Positions 59,705-62,000 of a stretch of 62,000 nt of DNA are shown here, one piece after another. The notes beneath the pieces are model-generated. The model worked only from the letters and a program-made list of their open reading frames with translations. It searched no databases and was not told where the DNA came from. Made by a program: the position numbers and the translations under genes. Position 1 is the stretch's first letter. The number at the start of each line of letters is the position of its first letter. Source of the DNA: Wallemia ichthyophaga EXF-994 (lineage: Eukaryota > Fungi > Basidiomycota); assembly GCF_000400465.1 (NCBI RefSeq), contig NW_008806288.1, positions 1 through 62,000 of the forward strand, given 5' to 3'.

Positions 59705-62000
59705 ATGTCGTTTCGAGATGGCAACGACGACGTCAACGAAATTGATTTTTACGGTCCACTAGCCTCGCAGCAAAGAGATGATGACGATGAAGACGAGAAT
59801 GTCCATCTCACTGATTACACAGAAGGTGCAGATGATAACGCGATAGAGACAGTTGGTCTGGATATCGCACACAGACGACGGGCATCGCAGATTGACAACT
59901 TGAACGATGAATACGGCGGGAGTATCTTCAGCGGTCCAGATAACGCTTCTATTCCGTCATCCGCCATATCGTTCCGACACGGCTTTGCCGGCTCTTCGCA
60001 AGCGCGCAGACCAAGTTTGGATCGCAGGCCAAGCGCTGATCGCAGAGGCAGCTCCGCTAGCGTCTTTTCTGAGGGCTCCGACTCAGGCTCTGGCAGACCT
60101 CTTTACAGGAGAGCAGACAGGTCCGCTTCTCGTACGCGAGCAAGACGTGACAGCAACAGCAGCGCCAATAGCCCTCTTCTAGAAACAGAACCTGAACGTC
60201 CGCCTCTAAGTACTAGTAAAAACTCGGGGGTGTTTAGTGGAATTGCATCGATTTTCGCAGGCCGGAATGATGATGACACCGGCCGGAGACGTCCGCCGGT
60301 GAGCAGGAATAGCAGTGCGGCACCGGGTGCAAGTGATGGAAGTGCAGTCAGCGATACTGACTGGGGTTATAGCTCGAATGAAGAGATTTCAGACGATAAC
60401 GACACTTCTTCTGAAATGGCCTCCTCTGCAGCGGCTAGTTTAAATAACTCAGAGTCCTCTTCTGCAGCTTCTAGTAGACGGAGGCGCTCCAATGAATTTA
60501 TGCCAACTGGAACTTTTGCAGCTGATCCTGTCTTTGGTGATACGAGAATACCGATGGAGCTGTCTCAAGAAGAGACCATAAACCCTGACGCAGAGTTTCT
60601 CACCAAGGCAAGTCAAAGTGGTGATCAATCTAGACAGAGGATATACATCCAAGAAGAGGATGTCACCCTACTCGTCACTGGCTTCCGAGCTTCTCCATTC
60701 GGTCATTTGCTTTGGTGTCTCGGTGTGCTGTTGACTCTAGGCACTCTCGCTCTTATCGGTAGATGGACACCAGCACTGTGGTTGCGATGGGCTGCAATTG
60801 AAGCACCCTTTACTAGCCACTCAGATAGAAAGGAGGCAACTTTTGTCGTTATTGAAACCCAGTTTGGTCATGTCAATCTTTACGACATTGAATCGATGCC
60901 GTTTCCCTTTCCAATGTCACATATCTTTCCTCATGACACAACAAAATCAGCGCCATCCACCAGTAAAGTCAAATCGGCAGACACGATTGAATCAGGAACA
61001 AGCAGTGACTCCTCCTCGGCTGGTTTTATACGTTTCTTTGACTACAGATACACCAAATTTATTTTAAACGATGAACAAGGTGTATTCAGGATGATCAGGT
61101 GCGTCTTAATGTTTTGATGGGATTTCCTTAACAAGAACACTCAAGAGACTGGCGTGATCCGCGCTGGATTTCCCAAGGTGCTGTCGCAGGCGGCTTATCA
61201 GAATCCAAACGTGAAGAGCGCCGTGCATTGTTTGGTTTGAATGAAATAGAAATCGAAGAAAGGTCTTGGGGTCAGCTGTTTGTAGATGAGGTACTTCACC
61301 CATTTTACGTCTTCCAGGTGGCTTCGATTGTGCTGTGGAGTATCGACGACTACTACTACTATGCATTTTGCATCGCCGTCATTAGTATATCTTCAATTTT
61401 CACCACCCTAATCGAGACAAAGAGGACAGTCAGACGGATGAAGGAGATGTCAAAGTACTCTTGTGCCGTCTGGCTGAAGTCCAATAACGAGTGTGAGTGC
61501 CTTATTATTACATTGACTTTCTAACGCTCGACTAGGGAAAGTGGTTGAATCTTCAACTCTCCAACCAGGCGACATATTCGACGCTGCAGACCCAAATCTG
61601 CACACCGTACCATGTGATGCAATCCTTCTCAACGGAGATGCTATTGTCAATGAATCGATGCTAACTGGTGAATCAGTACCTGTTGCAAAAGTACCAATTT
61701 CTGACTCAATCCTGCGGACGTATGCAAAGTCAGAGCCAAAAGGTACGACGGACATATCGCCAAGCCTTGCACGTCATTTTATGTATTCTGGCACAAAGAT
61801 CGTCAGGGTGCGCGGTGAAGGTGTTCTTCCAAATGGACAGGAAGGTCCTGCGTTAGCGTTAGTTACGCGTACAGGATTCAACACCACCAAAGGTGCCCTT
61901 GTGCGCTCGATGCTCTTCCCGAAACCGATGGGATTCAAATTTTACAAAGACTCAATGAACTTCATCGGTGTACTTGCAGGTATTGCTTTTCTGGGATTCT
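59705..62000 (+). CDS. YPK9: P5B-type cation/polyamine-transporting ATPase (runs off the window end)
   Basis: Long disordered N-terminus, QRIYIQEED, EVLHPFYVFQ, actuator MLTGESVP, RTGFNTTKGALVRSMLFP. Confidence 0.9.

Noticed and set aside
1-62000. tRNA, rRNA, CRISPR arrays, transposase or reverse transcriptase genes
   Set aside because: None recognised by eye. tRNAscan-SE and a repeat library search would be needed to exclude intron-containing tRNAs or short non-autonomous elements.

Overview
Gene-dense fungal (basidiomycete-type) genomic window with about 46 protein-coding genes. Most introns are short (about 43-55 nt, GT-AG) and many intergenic gaps are tiny. Compactness, intron size and an acidic class I hydrophobin suggest a Wallemia-like genome (inference, not verified). 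Most genes are conserved housekeeping genes: VMA16, ERG20, HTS1, CSL4, PTM1, UGO1, HEM13, NSE3, SPF45, GID8, MRPL6, RPF2, SEH1, SNX3, GPA1, SUR2, MRPL10, NBP35, UTP11, SWI5, MET14, BCP1, PhoD, FUN14 and a truncated P5B ATPase. I saw no tRNA, rRNA, CRISPR array or recognisable transposon. The best second-look items are: (1) an ORF-free gap at 32.8-33.9 kb holding a + strand multibranch RNA fold that I cannot assign to a known family; (2) an acidic hydrophobin missing from the ORF track; (3) 4-nt and 6-nt micro-exons needed to keep genes in frame; (4) a possible non-AUG mitochondrial presequence on HisRS; (5) orphan multi-exon genes at 14-20 kb and an AT-rich degenerate island at 27-28.6 kb. Gene models were spliced by eye and RNA folds were paired by hand, so all boundaries need computational or RNA confirmation.
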